From an uncultured delta proteobacterium (GTDB lineage Bacteria; Myxococcota; Myxococcia; Myxococcales; Myxococcaceae), in NCBI GenBank assembly GCA_963771175.1, contig CAVYSY010000001.1, positions 192,001 through 256,000 of the forward strand: 64,000 nt of DNA, written 5' to 3'. Each line of letters opens with the position of its first letter. Position 1 is the stretch's first letter. The notes beneath the pieces are model-generated. The model saw only the letters and a list, made by a program, of their open reading frames with translations, was not told the DNA's origin and searched no databases. Below, one piece after another: positions 34,412-45,460 of this stretch. The translations under genes and the position numbers were made by a program.

Positions 34412-35521
34412 TCAGCGACGGGGGAAGCGATCAAAACGGAACGGGGCGAGGTCCACCGAGGGAGACTCGCCGAGGACCACCTGGGCCATGAGCTTCGCGG
34501 TGATGGGAGCCAGGAGGATGCCGTTGCGGAAATGTCCAGTGGCCAGGAAGAGGCCGGGCAGGGGCCCCGTCCCCAGGATGGGCAGGTGATCCTCGGTGTA
34601 GGGCCGCAGGCCCGCCCACGTCTCCTGCACCGGCGCCGAGGCCAGCGCGGGGCAGATCTGCATGGCCAGGGAGAGGATGCGGTGCAGGCCCTCGGCGGTG
34701 ACGTTCTTCTCGAAGCCGGCGAACTCCAGGGTGCTGCCGGCGATGATGCGCCCGTCGGCCCGGGGGATGACGTAGCCCTTGTTGGAGAAGATGACGTGCG
34801 AGAAGAGCGGCAGCCGGGTCTGGAGCTGCACCATCTGCCCGCGCGCCGGGCGCACCACGCGCGGATCCAGCGCGATGCCCTGCACCAGACCGGACCAGGA
34901 GCCGGCGGCGATCACCACGGCATCCGCGCGCAGCGTGTCCCCATCCAGATCCACGCCCACCGCGCGGCCGTGCTCCTCCACCACCCCTCGCACGTAGCCG
35001 GTGCGGAAGGTGACGCCCACCTTCGCGGCGGCCATGGTGAGGGCCCGCGCCAGCAGCCGGTTGTCGACCTGATGGTCATCCTGGAAGCGCGCGGCGGCCA
35101 CCACCTGGGGCGAGAGCTGGGGCTCCAGGGCGCGCACCTCGGCCGTGGCGAGCAGCTCCGCGCGCAGGCCCAGGGCGCTCTGCCAGCCCACGGTGGCCTC
35201 CAGGCGCTGGGCCTCGGCCTCGTCGAAGGCCAGGTGCAGCAGGCCGCTGGGCAGGTAGTTCACGTTGACGCCGGTGAGGGCGAGCAGCTCCGCGGCGAAG
35301 TCCGCGTACATGCCCCGGCTGCGCAGGCCCAGCTCGAGGAAGGGCCCCGGCCCCTCGGACTCCTGCTGGGGCGCGAGGATGCCGCCCGCCGCGCTGGAGG
35401 CCTCGGCCCCGGGGATGGAGCGCTCGAGCACCGTCACCCGCGCGCCGGCCTGGCGCAGCCGCAGGGCGATGCCACACCCCATCAATCCGCCCCCTACGAT
35501 GACCACGTTCATGTCACGCAT
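34412..35521 (-). CDS. thiO: Glycine oxidase ThiO
   Basis: GGGLMG, ASSAAGGIL, WAGLRP, GHFRNGILLAP. Confidence 0.88.
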   Translation of the reverse strand: MRDMNVVIVGGGLMGCGIALRLRQAGARVTVLERSIPGAEASSAAGGILAPQQESEGPGPFLELGLRSRGMYADFAAELLALTGVNVNYLPSGLLHLAFDEAEAQRLEATVGWQSALGLRAELLATAEVRALEPQLSPQVVAAARFQDDHQVDNRLLARALTMAAAKVGVTFRTGYVRGVVEEHGRAVGVDLDGDTLRADAVVIAAGSWSGLVQGIALDPRVVRPARGQMVQLQTRLPLFSHVIFSNKGYVIPRADGRIIAGSTLEFAGFEKNVTAEGLHRILSLAMQICPALASAPVQETWAGLRPYTEDHLPILGTGPLPGLFLATGHFRNGILLAPITAKLMAQVVLGESPSVDLAPFRFDRFPRR

Positions 35522-35613
35522 CGGTGGCGCTTGTGCTCGCTTGGGGTGGGTTTTGGCAAGTGCGCGGTGGGTTGGGTTGACGGCACGGGGGCTTTTCCGT
35601 TACCAATGGACTC

Positions 35614-35697
35614 GTGCTTTTCGCGTCCGTTCATCACCACCATGCGCATCATCGGCCGGCCCCGACGGGACCGCTCGCCGTGCGCATGTTCGGGTGA
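35614..35697 (+). CDS. hisL: his operon leader peptide (27 aa)
   Basis: GTG-started (M)LFASVHHHHAHHRPAPTGPLAVRMFG, 6 His codons in 7, 112 bp upstream of hisG; below the ORF-track cutoff. Confidence 0.8.
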   Translation: MLFASVHHHHAHHRPAPTGPLAVRMFG

Positions 35698-35741
35698 AAG
35701 CGTCCAGACGCCCCCCCCAATGAACCTGCCGCAGTGACCGG

Positions 35742-35776
35742 AAGCCCGTCCAACCCAGGACGGGCTTTCTTCGTTT
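35742..35776 (+). terminator. Attenuator terminator of the his leader
   Basis: Stem AAGCCCGTCC / GGACGGGCTT with a 6-nt loop, then TCTTCGTTT. Confidence 0.8.
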
Positions 35777-35809
35777 CCGAGCCCGTCTCCCACCTCACCG
35801 AGTACCCCA

Positions 35810-36665
35810 ATGCTGAAAATCGCCCTGCCCAACAAAGGTCGCCTCTCCGAGGAGGTTCGTGAGCTCTTCAACGATGCCGGTCTGGAGGTCCGTGCCCGGG
35901 GAGAGCGGGCCCTCACCGCGTCGCTCGGCGGCGAGTTCGAGGCCATCTTCGTGCGCGCCCAGGACATCCCCGAGTTCGTCGCCGATGGCGCGGCGGACGC
36001 GGGCGTCACCGGGTGGGACCTGGTGTGCGAGTCCGGCCGCGAGCTGGAGCTGCTGATGGACCTGGAGTTCGGCAGGTGCCGGCTGGTGGTGGCCGCCCGC
36101 GAGGAGAGCGGCATCCAGAAGCTCGAGGACATCCAGGACGGGGTGCGCGTGGCCTCGTCCTTCACGCGGCTGACGCAGGAGTTCTTCGCGAAGCGCGGCC
36201 AGAAGGTGACGGTGGTGCCGGTGTCGGGCGCCACGGAGATCGCCCCGCACCTGGGCATCGCGGACATCATCGTGGACCTGACCTCCACGGGCTCGACGCT
36301 GAAGATGAACGGCCTGCGCGAGGTGGGGACGGTGGTGCAGTCCAGCGCCCGGCTCATCGCTCGCAAGGGCCACGCCCCCGAGGCGGCGGCGAAGCTGGAC
36401 GGAGCTGCGGCAGGCGCTGGGCTCGGTGCTGGCGGCCCGGGGCAAGCGCTACCTGATGGCCAACGTGCCGCGCCGCGTGCTGCCCAATGTTCGCGAGGTG
36501 CTGCCGGGCCTCAACGGCCCCACCGTGGTGGACGTGCAGGGCGGTGACTTCGTGGCCGTGCACGCCGTGGTGCCCGCCAAGAGCATCTATCGCACCATCT
36601 CGGCCCTGAAGTCCCTGGGCTGCGAGGGCATCCTCGTCACCCGCATCGAGAGGTTGATGCCGTGA
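35810..36665 (+). CDS. hisG: ATP phosphoribosyltransferase, long form (frameshift ~36400)
   Basis: IALPNKGRL, GATEIAP, DLTSTGSTL, C-terminal ACT-like domain. Confidence 0.95.
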
Positions 36666-37964
36666 GCGCCCCCACGCTCAAGTACCAGGGCCGGCTGAAG
36701 GACCTGTCCCCCGAGGCGCGCCGCCGCCTGCTGGAGCGCACGGGCGAGTCGGATGCCCGCGTCGCGCAGCGCACCGCGGATCTCATCGCCCGCGTGCGCC
36801 GGGACGGGGACAAGGCGCTGCGCGAGATGGCGCGCGAGTTCGACCGCGCGGAGCTCCAGTCGCTGGAGGTGCCGCGCTCGGTGTGCGAGGCGGCGCTGGC
36901 ATCGCTGGAGCCGAAGCTGAAGGACGCGCTGGCCCGCGCGGCGCGCAACATCGCCAAGGCGCACGCGGCGCAGAAGCCCCAGGCCACCGAGGTGGAGACG
37001 GAGCCGGGCATCCTCGTCGGGCGCCGGCCGGATCCGCTCGGGCGCGTGGGCGTGTACGCGCCGGGGGGCCGGGCCGTGTACCCGAGCAGCGTGCTGATGG
37101 GCGTGGTGCCGGCGAAGGTGGCCGGGGTGGGCGAGGTCATCGTCTGCTCGCCGCCAGGCCCGGACGGGAAGCCCTCGGCGGGCGTGCTGGCGGCGGCGGC
37201 GCTGGCGGGAGCGGATCGCGTCTTCGCCCTCGGTGGGGCGGGCGCGGTGGCGGCCATGGCCTACGGTACGGAGAGCGTGCCCCGGGTGGACCGCATCGTC
37301 GGCCCGGGCAATGCCTACGTGGCCGCGGCCAAGCTGCAGGTGGTGGAGGCGGTGGCCATCGACGCGCCGGCGGGCCCGAGTGAGATCCTCGTCGTCGCGG
37401 ATGGTTCGGCGGACCCCGAGGCGGTGGCGCGGGAGATGCTGGCCCAGGCCGAGCACGACCCGGATGCCTGCTGCGTGACGGTGGCGGTGGGCGATGCGTT
37501 GGCCCGGGCGGTGTCGAGGCGGTGGGCCGGGCGGCGGCGCGGGCACAGCGCCAGGAGATCGTCGCGAAGGCCCTGGGCGAGCGCGGCGCCGTGCTGAGCG
37601 TGGACACGCTGGAGGAGGCCTGGCCCTTCGTGGCGGACTTCGCTCCCGAGCACCTGCTCATCGCCACCCGGTCTCCGCGTGGAGGACCTGCCGAAGGCTG
37701 CGCAACGCGGGCACGGTGTTCGTGGGCCAGTACGCCTCGGTGGCCTACGGCGACTACATGACGGGCGCCAACCACGTGCTGCCCACGGCGGGACTGGCCC
37801 GCGCGTACTCGGGACTGAGCGTGCTCGACTTCTACCGGTGGACCACGTACCAGCGCGTGGAGCGCGATGCGGCGGCGCGGCTCGCCGATGATGTGGGCCT
37901 GCTCGCCGACAGCGAGGGCCTCTTCGCCCATGCCGACGCCGCGCGCGGCTGGAGGAAGCCATGA
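36662..37964 (+). CDS. hisD: Histidinol dehydrogenase (frameshifted)
   Basis: GVYAPGG, GPGNAYV, AGPSE, QAEHD, GANHVLPT. Confidence 0.95.
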
Positions 37965-38999
37965 ACCTGCCCTCTCGCGCCTCCTACCGGGACATCCCGC
38001 TGTACTCGCCCTCCAAGGTGAAGTGCGGCGTGGACCTGAGTGACAACACCAACCTCTTCGGCATGCCCCCGGCCGCCGAGCGCATCCTTCGCGAGACGGT
38101 GGCCTCCCAGGTCTCCAGCTACCCCGTGGGCTATGCGCCAGGACCTCAAGCGGGCCGTGGCCGCCTACACGGGCGTGGAGCCCTCGCGGGTGACCACCGG
38201 ATGCGGCTCGGACGACGTCATCGACAGCACCCTGCGGGCCTTCCTGGAGCCGGGCGAGCTCATCGCCTTCCCGGACCCCACCTTCGTGATGATGTCCTAC
38301 TTCGCGAAGGTGAACGGGCTGCGGTACGCGCCGGTGCCGCTCAAGCCGGACTTCGACATCGACGTGGACGGGCTGCTCGCCACGGGCGCGAAGCTCATCT
38401 ACGTGTGCTCGCCCAACAACCCCACGGGCACGGTGGCCTCGCGGGCCGCGCTGGAGCGGCTGGTGGACAACGCCCCGGGCATCGTCCTGCTCGACGAGGC
38501 CTATGCCGAGTTCGCTCGGGAGAGCCACCTGGACCTGGCCTCGCGGCCCAACGTGCTCGTGACGCGCACGCTGTCCAAGGCCTTCGGGCTGGCGGGCCTG
38601 CGGGTGGGCTACGCGGTAGGCAACCCCACCCTGGTGGCCGAGGTGGAGAAGGCGCGCGGGCCCTACAAGGTGACGGGCCTGTCCGAGCGCATGGCCGTCG
38701 CGGCGCTGCTCGAGGACGTGCCGTGGATGAAGGCGCGGGCGGCCGAGTCGCTGGCCATCCGGGAGCGGCTGGTGGCCGAGCTGGAGAATCTGGGGCTGAA
38801 GTCGTTGCCGGCCGAGGCCAACTTCGTGATGGTGCCGCTGCCCGGCGCGCTCGCGGTGGCGGAGCGGATGCGGCAGCGGGACGTGAATGTGCGGGCATTC
38901 CAGGGACTGACGGTCGTCGGGGACGCGCTCCGGATCGGTTGTGGCCCGTGGACCCTGATGGAGGCGGCGCTGACGGCGCTGCGAGAGGCTCTGCGATGA
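37961..38999 (+). CDS. hisC: Histidinol-phosphate aminotransferase (frameshift ~38135)
   Basis: SPNNPTG, DEAY, RTLSKAFGLAGLRVG. Confidence 0.95.
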
Positions 39000-39589
39000 G
39001 AGTGACGCTGTTCGACTACGGGGCGGGCAACCTGCACTCACTGGCCAAGGCACTGGCCACGGTGCCGGACGTCGAGGTGCGCGTGCAGGAGGATCCGATT
39101 CGGGCTCTCGACACGGACTTGCTGGTGCTGCCGGGCGTGGGGGCCTTCGGCGCGGCGGCGGCGCGGCTGGAGCCGGGGCGCGAGAAGATGCGGCGCGCGC
39201 TGGAGGACGGCCTGCCGTGCCTGGGCATCTGCCTGGGCATGCAGCTCATGTTCGACACGAGCGACGAGGGCGGAGGCTGGGGCCTGGGCGTCTTCCGCGG
39301 CCAGGTGACGAAGCTGCGCTCCCAGCGCGTGCCCCACATCGGGTGGAACTCGGTGGAGGAGGACACCGCTCTGAAGAGCGCGAAGCTGGGCACCGTCTAC
39401 TACGCGCACAGCTACGTCTGCCGCGCCGAGGAGCTCAACGTCGTGGTGGGCTGGACCACGCACGAGGAGGACCGGTTCCCCGCGGCGGTGCGGCGCGGGA
39501 ACGTGCTCGGGGTGCAGTTCCACCCGGAGAAGAGCTCGGCGGCCGGCGTGCGCTTCGTGCAGGCCTTCCTCGAGGAGGTGCGCAAGTGA
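38996..39589 (+). CDS. hisH: Imidazole glycerol phosphate synthase, glutaminase subunit
   Basis: DYGAGN, GICLGMQ, QFHPEKS. Confidence 0.95.
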   Translation: MRVTLFDYGAGNLHSLAKALATVPDVEVRVQEDPIRALDTDLLVLPGVGAFGAAAARLEPGREKMRRALEDGLPCLGICLGMQLMFDTSDEGGGWGLGVFRGQVTKLRSQRVPHIGWNSVEEDTALKSAKLGTVYYAHSYVCRAEELNVVVGWTTHEEDRFPAAVRRGNVLGVQFHPEKSSAAGVRFVQAFLEEVRK

Positions 39590-40299
39590 TCGCCATTCCG
39601 GCAATCGACCTTCGGGAGGGCGCCTGCGTGCAGCTCGTGGGCGGCTCGTACGCCGACGAGCGGGTGCGGGTGAAGGACCCCATGGACGCACTCAAGCGCT
39701 GGCGCGCCCACGGCTTCAAGAGCTTCCACGTGGTGGACCTGGACGCCGCGCTGGGCAAGGGCTCCAACGAGGGCCCCATCGGCAAGCTGTTGAGCCATGA
39801 GCCGGGGCTCAGCTTCTCGGTGGGCGGTGGCGTGCGGAGCACGGCGAAGGTGGAGGCGGTGCTCGCACTGGGTGCCGCCTACGTGGTGGTGGGCACGCGG
39901 GCCATCGAGGACGGGGTGTGGCTGCGCGAGGTGGCCGAGCGCTTCCCAGGCCGCGTGGTGGTGGCCGCGGACGTGAAGGGTCGCGAGGTGGTGACGCGCG
40001 GCTGGACGGCGGGCAGCGCCCGGGACATCGGCGACGTGCTCAAGTCGCTGGAGCCGCTGCCCCTGGGGGGCCTGCTGGTGACGGCGGTCCACAAGGAGGG
40101 ACAGATGGAGGGCGTGGACCTGCCGCTGATGGAGGAGGTGGCCCGGACGAGCCGCCACCCTCTGTACGCCTCGGGTGGAGTGACGACGGTGGAGGATCTG
40201 CGGGCCCTCGGGCGCGTGGGCGCCTTCGGGGCCGTCATTGGCATGGCGCTGTACACGGGCACGCTGGACGCGGCCGCGGTGGCGAGGGAGTTCGCATGA
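39586..40299 (+). CDS. hisA: ProFAR isomerase HisA
   Basis: IPAIDLREG, HVVDLDAA, GGGVR, ASGG. Confidence 0.93.
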   Translation: MIAIPAIDLREGACVQLVGGSYADERVRVKDPMDALKRWRAHGFKSFHVVDLDAALGKGSNEGPIGKLLSHEPGLSFSVGGGVRSTAKVEAVLALGAAYVVVGTRAIEDGVWLREVAERFPGRVVVAADVKGREVVTRGWTAGSARDIGDVLKSLEPLPLGGLLVTAVHKEGQMEGVDLPLMEEVARTSRHPLYASGGVTTVEDLRALGRVGAFGAVIGMALYTGTLDAAAVAREFA

Positions 40300-40833
40300 C
40301 GACCATCGTTCGGGAGACGAAGGAGACGAAGGTCACGGTCGAGATTGCCCTGGGCAAGGGCGTGGCCAAGGTGGACACGGGCCTGCCCTTCTTCGACCAC
40401 ATGCTGTCCACCTTCGCGCGTTACGCGGGGTTGGACCTGACGCTGCACGCGCGCGGCGACTTGCGGCACCACCTCATGGAGGACGTGGCCATTACCCTGG
40501 GCACGGCGGTGCAGAAGGTGATTCCCGCCACCGCGGCCCGCTACGGCGAGCGCACCATCCCCATGGACGACGCGCTGGTGCAGGCCTGCATCGACGTGGC
40601 CGGGCGCTTCTATTACCGGGGGCCGCTGCGCAACAAGCTCTACGAGCACGTCATGCGCTCGTTCTGCGAGCACGCGAAGGTGACGCTGCATCTGCGCATC
40701 CTCCGCGGCAAGGACAGCCACCACGTGACGGAGGCGGCCTTCAAGGCGCTCGGCATGGCGCTGCGCGACGCGATGGTGGACTCGGGAGTGGTGTTCAGCA
40801 CGAAGGGCGCGGTCGCCCTGGAGGTGAAGTGGA
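40296..40833 (+). CDS. hisB: Imidazoleglycerol-phosphate dehydratase, monofunctional (stop codon disrupted, probably by an indel)
   Basis: RETKET, FFDHML, HHLMED, PMDDAL, DSHHVTEA, STKG. Confidence 0.92.
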
Positions 40834-41592
40834 ATGCTCACGCGGCGACTGATTGTGTGCTTGGACGTGAAGGGCGGGCGCGTGGTGAAGGGCGTCCAGT
40901 TCGAAGGACTGCGCGACGTGGGCGATCCCGTGGAGCTGGCCATGCGCTACGAGGAGGCGGGCGCCGACGAGGTGACCTTCCTCGACATCTCCGCGAGCAA
41001 CGAGGAGCGCGGCACCCTGTGGGACCTGGTGCAGCGCACGGCGGAGCGGCTGTTCATCCCGCTGACGGTGGGCGGCGGCGTGCGCACGGTGGACGACGTG
41101 GGCCGGGCGCTGCGGGCGGGCGCGGACAAGGTGAGCATCAACTCGGCGGCCGTGGCCCGGCCCGAGGTGCTCACCGAGTGCGCCGAGCGCTTCGGCGCCC
41201 AGTGCGTGGTGGCGAGCATCGACGCCAAGAGGGACGGCGACCAGTGGCGCGTGTACACCCACGGCGGCAAGCGGGCCACGGAACTGGACGCGGTGGCCTG
41301 GGCGCGCGAGTGCGTGAAACGTGGAGCAGGTGAAATCCTCCTCACGAGCATTGACCGGGACGGAGCCCGTTCGGGGTATGACCTGGAGCTGACGCGGACA
41401 ATCGCCGAGGGGGTGGCTGTCCCAGTCATCGCCTCGGGGGGCGCGGGCAACGCGGAGCACGTTCGGGCCGCGCTGAAGGAAGGTCAGGCGGACGCGGCGC
41501 TGGTGGCGGGCATCCTCCACGACGGCGTCACCACTGTTGGAGCGATCAAGACGCTGCTCCAGGAGAGCGGCCTCAAGGTCAGGAGCCTCTGA
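40834..41592 (+). CDS. hisF: Imidazole glycerol phosphate synthase, cyclase subunit
   Basis: CLDVKGGRVVKG, TSIDRDG, ASGGAG. Confidence 0.96.
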   Translation: MLTRRLIVCLDVKGGRVVKGVQFEGLRDVGDPVELAMRYEEAGADEVTFLDISASNEERGTLWDLVQRTAERLFIPLTVGGGVRTVDDVGRALRAGADKVSINSAAVARPEVLTECAERFGAQCVVASIDAKRDGDQWRVYTHGGKRATELDAVAWARECVKRGAGEILLTSIDRDGARSGYDLELTRTIAEGVAVPVIASGGAGNAEHVRAALKEGQADAALVAGILHDGVTTVGAIKTLLQESGLKVRSL

Positions 41593-42368
41593 ATGGACGC
41601 GCAGTCGGCGATGCAGGCGGTGGAGCAGGTGGCGCGCAGGTCCGGAGACGTGGCGCTCGGCTTCTTCCGGAAGGGCATCCAGGTGCACACCAAGGGGGAC
41701 GGGACGCCGGTGACGGTGGCGGACCAGACCGCCGAGAGGACGGCGCGCGAGTGGATTGAGTCCCACTTCCCCGAGGACGGCATCCTCGGGGAGGAGTTCG
41801 GCGAGACGCGGCCTGGAGCGAAGCGCCGGTGGATTCTGGACCCGATTGACGGCACGAAGTCGTTCATCCGCGGCGTGCCGCTGTGGGGCACGCTGGTGGC
41901 GCTGGCGGAGGGGAGCGCATCCTCGCGGGCGCGGCGTACTTCCCGCCGGTGGGGGACATGCTGGTGGCGGCGCCGGGGCAGGGGTGCTGGTGGAACGGGA
42001 AGCGGACGCGGGTGTCGGAGGAGGCGGACCTGTCCAGGGCGACGGTGCTGGCCACGGACGAGCGCTTCCGGGTGTACCCGGAGCGCGGGGCGAAGTGGCG
42101 AGCGCTGACGGCGAAGGCGCTCATCTCGCGGACGTGGGGAGACTGCTACGGCTACCTGATGCTGGCCACGGGGCGGGCGGAGGTGATGATCGACGAGGAG
42201 CTGTCGCCCTGGGACGCGGCGGCGCTGCAGCCCATCATCGAGGAAGCGGGTGGAGTGTTCACGGACTGGACGGGGACGAGGACCTCGTTCGGCGGCAACG
42301 CGATCGCGACGAATGCCGCGCTCGCGGACCAGGTGCGCGAGCTGCTGGGCGCGACGAAGAGGGCATGA
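41593..42368 (+). CDS. hisN: Histidinol-phosphatase, inositol monophosphatase family (frameshift ~41910)
   Basis: PVTVAD, GEEFG, WILDPIDGTKSF, WDAAA; position inside the his operon. Confidence 0.88.
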
Positions 42369-42989
42369 TGCTGGACCTGTCGAAGCTGGACTTTGCCAAG
42401 GGCAACGGGATGGTGACGGTGGTGACGCAGGACGCGCACACCGGTGACCTGTTGATGGTGGCGCACGCGGATCGCGAGGCGTTGGAGAAGACGCTGGAGA
42501 CGGGCGAGAATGTACTACCGCTCGCGCACGCGCGGGCTGTGGCACAAGGGCGGGACGAGCGGGAACGTGCAGCGGGTGGTGTCGCTGACGGCGGACTGCG
42601 ATGGAGACGCGGTGCTGGCGCGGGTGGAGAAGGCGGGCCCGGCGTGTCACACCGGGGCGGAGACCTGCTTCGACATCGGTCCGGTGGACGCGCTCGTCGA
42701 GCTGGACCGGACCATCACCCAGCGGGCGGCGAAGGCACCGGAGGCGGGGGAGAAGCCGAGCTACACGCGGCGGCTGCTGGACGACCGGAACCTGCGGCTG
42801 AAGAAGATCGGCGAGGAGGCGGTGGAGCTGGTGACGGCGTGCGCGGACGGGGACAAGGAGCGCGCGGTGGAGGAGGCGGCGGACGTGCTCTACCACCTGC
42901 TCGTGGCGGTGCGCCCGCTGGGCGTGACGCTGGACGACGTGAAGGCGGTGCTCGCGCGCCGTGCTGGAAAGACCGTCTCCCTCCGATGA
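42365..42989 (+). CDS. hisIE: Bifunctional PR-AMP cyclohydrolase / PR-ATP pyrophosphatase (frameshift ~42510)
   Basis: [29 protein letters not shown]. Confidence 0.93.
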
Positions 42990-44152
42990 AGAGCCTCGGG
43001 AAGCGCGGGGTTCTGGCGCGTGTGGCCCGGTGGACGGGACTGCTGGTGGCAATCGCAGGGGTCGCCATTGCCGCCGACGCGTGGACCGCGCTGGGCCGGC
43101 GTGCCGACGGAGCGCGACGCGTGCGCATGGAGCGCTCGCCGCAGTGGCAGGACGGGCACTTCGAGAACCCGCAGCCGCTCTTCAACGACTGGCGGGGCTC
43201 GCTGATGGCCATGTTCAAGGCGAGCCCCGACGTGGGCCCCGCCGAGCCGCTGCCCACGGTGCCGGGCGACCGTCGCGGGTTCGAGACGCCGCCGAGCACG
43301 GGACTGCGCGTCACCTGGCTCGGGCACTCCTCGGTGCTGATCGAAATCGACGGACACCGTGTCCTCACCGACCCCATCTGGAGTGAGCGTGCCTCGCCGC
43401 TGAGCTGGGTGGGCCCGAAGCGCTGGTATGCCCCGCCGATTCCGCTCGCGGAGCTGCCGCCCATCGACGCGGTCGTCATCTCGCACGACCACTACGACCA
43501 CCTCGATTACCCCACCGTCTCGGCGATGAAGGACTGGGACACCACCTTCGTGGTGCCGCTCGGCGTGGGCGCGCACCTGGCGTCGTGGGGCGTGCCCGAG
43601 ACGCGCATCGTCGAGCTCGACTGGTGGGAGCGCACGCGGGTGCGCGGGCTCGAGATCGTCGGCACGCCCGCGCGCCACGCGTCGGGACGGACCGGCCTCG
43701 ACAAGGACGCGACCCTGTGGGCGGGCTTCGCGCTCCTCGGCCCCCAGCACCGCGCGTATTACTCGGGGGACACGGGGCTGTTCCCCGCGATGAAGGACAT
43801 CGGCGCGCGCCTCGGGCCCTTCGACGTGACGATGATCGAGGTGGGCCAGTACCACAGCGCGTGGCCCGACTGGCACATCGGGCCCGAGCAGGCCGTCCTC
43901 GCCCACCGGATGGTTCAGGGCCGCGTCCTGCTGCCCGTGCACTGGGGGCTCTTCACCCTCGCCGTCCACGGCTGGACCGAGCCCATCGAGCGCGTGCTCG
44001 CCGCGGCCGAACAGGCCGGCGATACCGTCGTCGTCCCCAAGCCCGGACAGAGCATCGAGCCCGCGGCACCGCCCGCGCGCGAGCGCTGGTGGCCGAACCT
44101 GCCCTGGGAGACCGCGGCGCAGCATCCCATCGTCTCCACCCAGTTGAACTGA
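42986..44152 (+). CDS. MBL-fold metallo-hydrolase (NAPE-PLD/RomA-like)
   Basis: [35 protein letters not shown]-terminal transmembrane helix. Confidence 0.88.
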   Translation: MKSLGKRGVLARVARWTGLLVAIAGVAIAADAWTALGRRADGARRVRMERSPQWQDGHFENPQPLFNDWRGSLMAMFKASPDVGPAEPLPTVPGDRRGFETPPSTGLRVTWLGHSSVLIEIDGHRVLTDPIWSERASPLSWVGPKRWYAPPIPLAELPPIDAVVISHDHYDHLDYPTVSAMKDWDTTFVVPLGVGAHLASWGVPETRIVELDWWERTRVRGLEIVGTPARHASGRTGLDKDATLWAGFALLGPQHRAYYSGDTGLFPAMKDIGARLGPFDVTMIEVGQYHSAWPDWHIGPEQAVLAHRMVQGRVLLPVHWGLFTLAVHGWTEPIERVLAAAEQAGDTVVVPKPGQSIEPAAPPARERWWPNLPWETAAQHPIVSTQLN

Positions 44153-44248
44153 AGCGCGCCAGGGCTCGAACCGGGGATGACCTGACGCGTGTCCGTGGCG
44201 TGGGATAGCATCCGGACGCCTCTTCATCATCCCTGGGGGGATCTCCAC

Positions 44249-45445
44249 ATGACTGTCCGGTTGAACCTCTTCGCGCCCGAGTTCCGCGCCAACCCCTATC
44301 CGTTCTTCGCCGAGCTGCGGCGCCAGCCCACGCTCGCCCAGGTGGACCTGCTCGGCTTCTGGGCCGTCTCCCGCTACGCCGACGTCCTGCACGTCTTGAA
44401 GAATCCCCAGCTCTTTTCCTCCACCGGCCATCGCGCGCCCTCGGAGCCCGAATGGCTGGGGCGCGGCAACCCGATCGCGGACTCCATCGTCATGATGGAT
44501 CCGCCCAAGCACACCCGCCTCCGGGCGCTCGTCAACCGCGCCTTCGGCTCCACCGCCTTGAGCCGGATGGAGCCGCGCATCCGCGCCTACGCCGAGCAGG
44601 CCGCCGCCGAGCTGCCTCTCGGCCGCCCCGTGGACTTCGTCGAGTCCTTCGCCCTGCGCGTGCCTGCCTCCGTCATTGGCGAGCTGCTCGGCCTGGACGC
44701 CTCACATCACATGCGCTTCAAGCGCTGGACGGACGACATCAACAACACCACCGCCACGCCCCCGGATGCCCATGAGTGGCACGCCCAGATTCGGGGCACC
44801 TACGCGGAGATGGAGCAGTACCTGAAGGAGGTCATCGCGGACCGCCGCCGCTCCCCCCGCGAGGACATGGTGAGTGAGCTGATCGCCGCCCGAATCGAAG
44901 GCGAATCCCTCACGGATGCGGAGTTGATGGGCTTCCTCTTCCTGCTGCTCGTCGCCGGCCTGGAGACCACCATCCACCTGCTGGGCCACTCCGCCCTGGT
45001 ACTCGCCGAGCGCCCGGACGTGTTCGCCCGCCTGCGCGCGAACCGCTCGCTGATTCCCCTCTTCATCGAGGAGGTGCTGCGCTACGAGCCCGTCGCCCAG
45101 ACGCTGCTGCGGCTCACCACCGCCGAGACGGAGCTTGGCGGCGTCCGCCTGCCGGCCGGCTCGCACGTGATGCTGTTGCTGGGTTCCGCCTGCCGCGACG
45201 AGGCGCAGTTCCCCAACAGCGAGCGCTTCGACCTCGACCGCGAGGGCCAGCAGAACATGCCCTTCGGCCACGGCATCCACTTCTGCCTCGGTGCCCCCCT
45301 GGCCCGCCTGGAGGCGCGGCTCGCCCTGGATGCGCTGCTCGACCGGTGCGGCGGGCTGGTTCGCGACGCCGCGCCCGTGCAGTGGCACCCCTCGATTGTC
45401 GTTCGCGGGCCCACGGTGCTGCCGCTCACCGTGCTGCCGGGTTGA
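44249..45445 (+). CDS. Cytochrome P450
   Basis: AGLETT, EEVLR (ExxR), FGHGIHFCLG heme motif. Confidence 0.95.
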   Translation: MTVRLNLFAPEFRANPYPFFAELRRQPTLAQVDLLGFWAVSRYADVLHVLKNPQLFSSTGHRAPSEPEWLGRGNPIADSIVMMDPPKHTRLRALVNRAFGSTALSRMEPRIRAYAEQAAAELPLGRPVDFVESFALRVPASVIGELLGLDASHHMRFKRWTDDINNTTATPPDAHEWHAQIRGTYAEMEQYLKEVIADRRRSPREDMVSELIAARIEGESLTDAELMGFLFLLLVAGLETTIHLLGHSALVLAERPDVFARLRANRSLIPLFIEEVLRYEPVAQTLLRLTTAETELGGVRLPAGSHVMLLLGSACRDEAQFPNSERFDLDREGQQNMPFGHGIHFCLGAPLARLEARLALDALLDRCGGLVRDAAPVQWHPSIVVRGPTVLPLTVLPG

Positions 45446-45460
45446 GACACCTGGGGCGGC

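Noticed and set aside
37961..41333. Apparent hisC-hisH (542 aa) and extended hisB (471 aa) fusions in the ORF track
   Set aside because: Artefacts of indels and overlapping start/stop codons; each gene has its own start.
44249..45445. P450 as part of a biosynthetic gene cluster
   Set aside because: No adjacent PKS, NRPS, terpene or RiPP genes and no ferredoxin; it appears to be a standalone P450.
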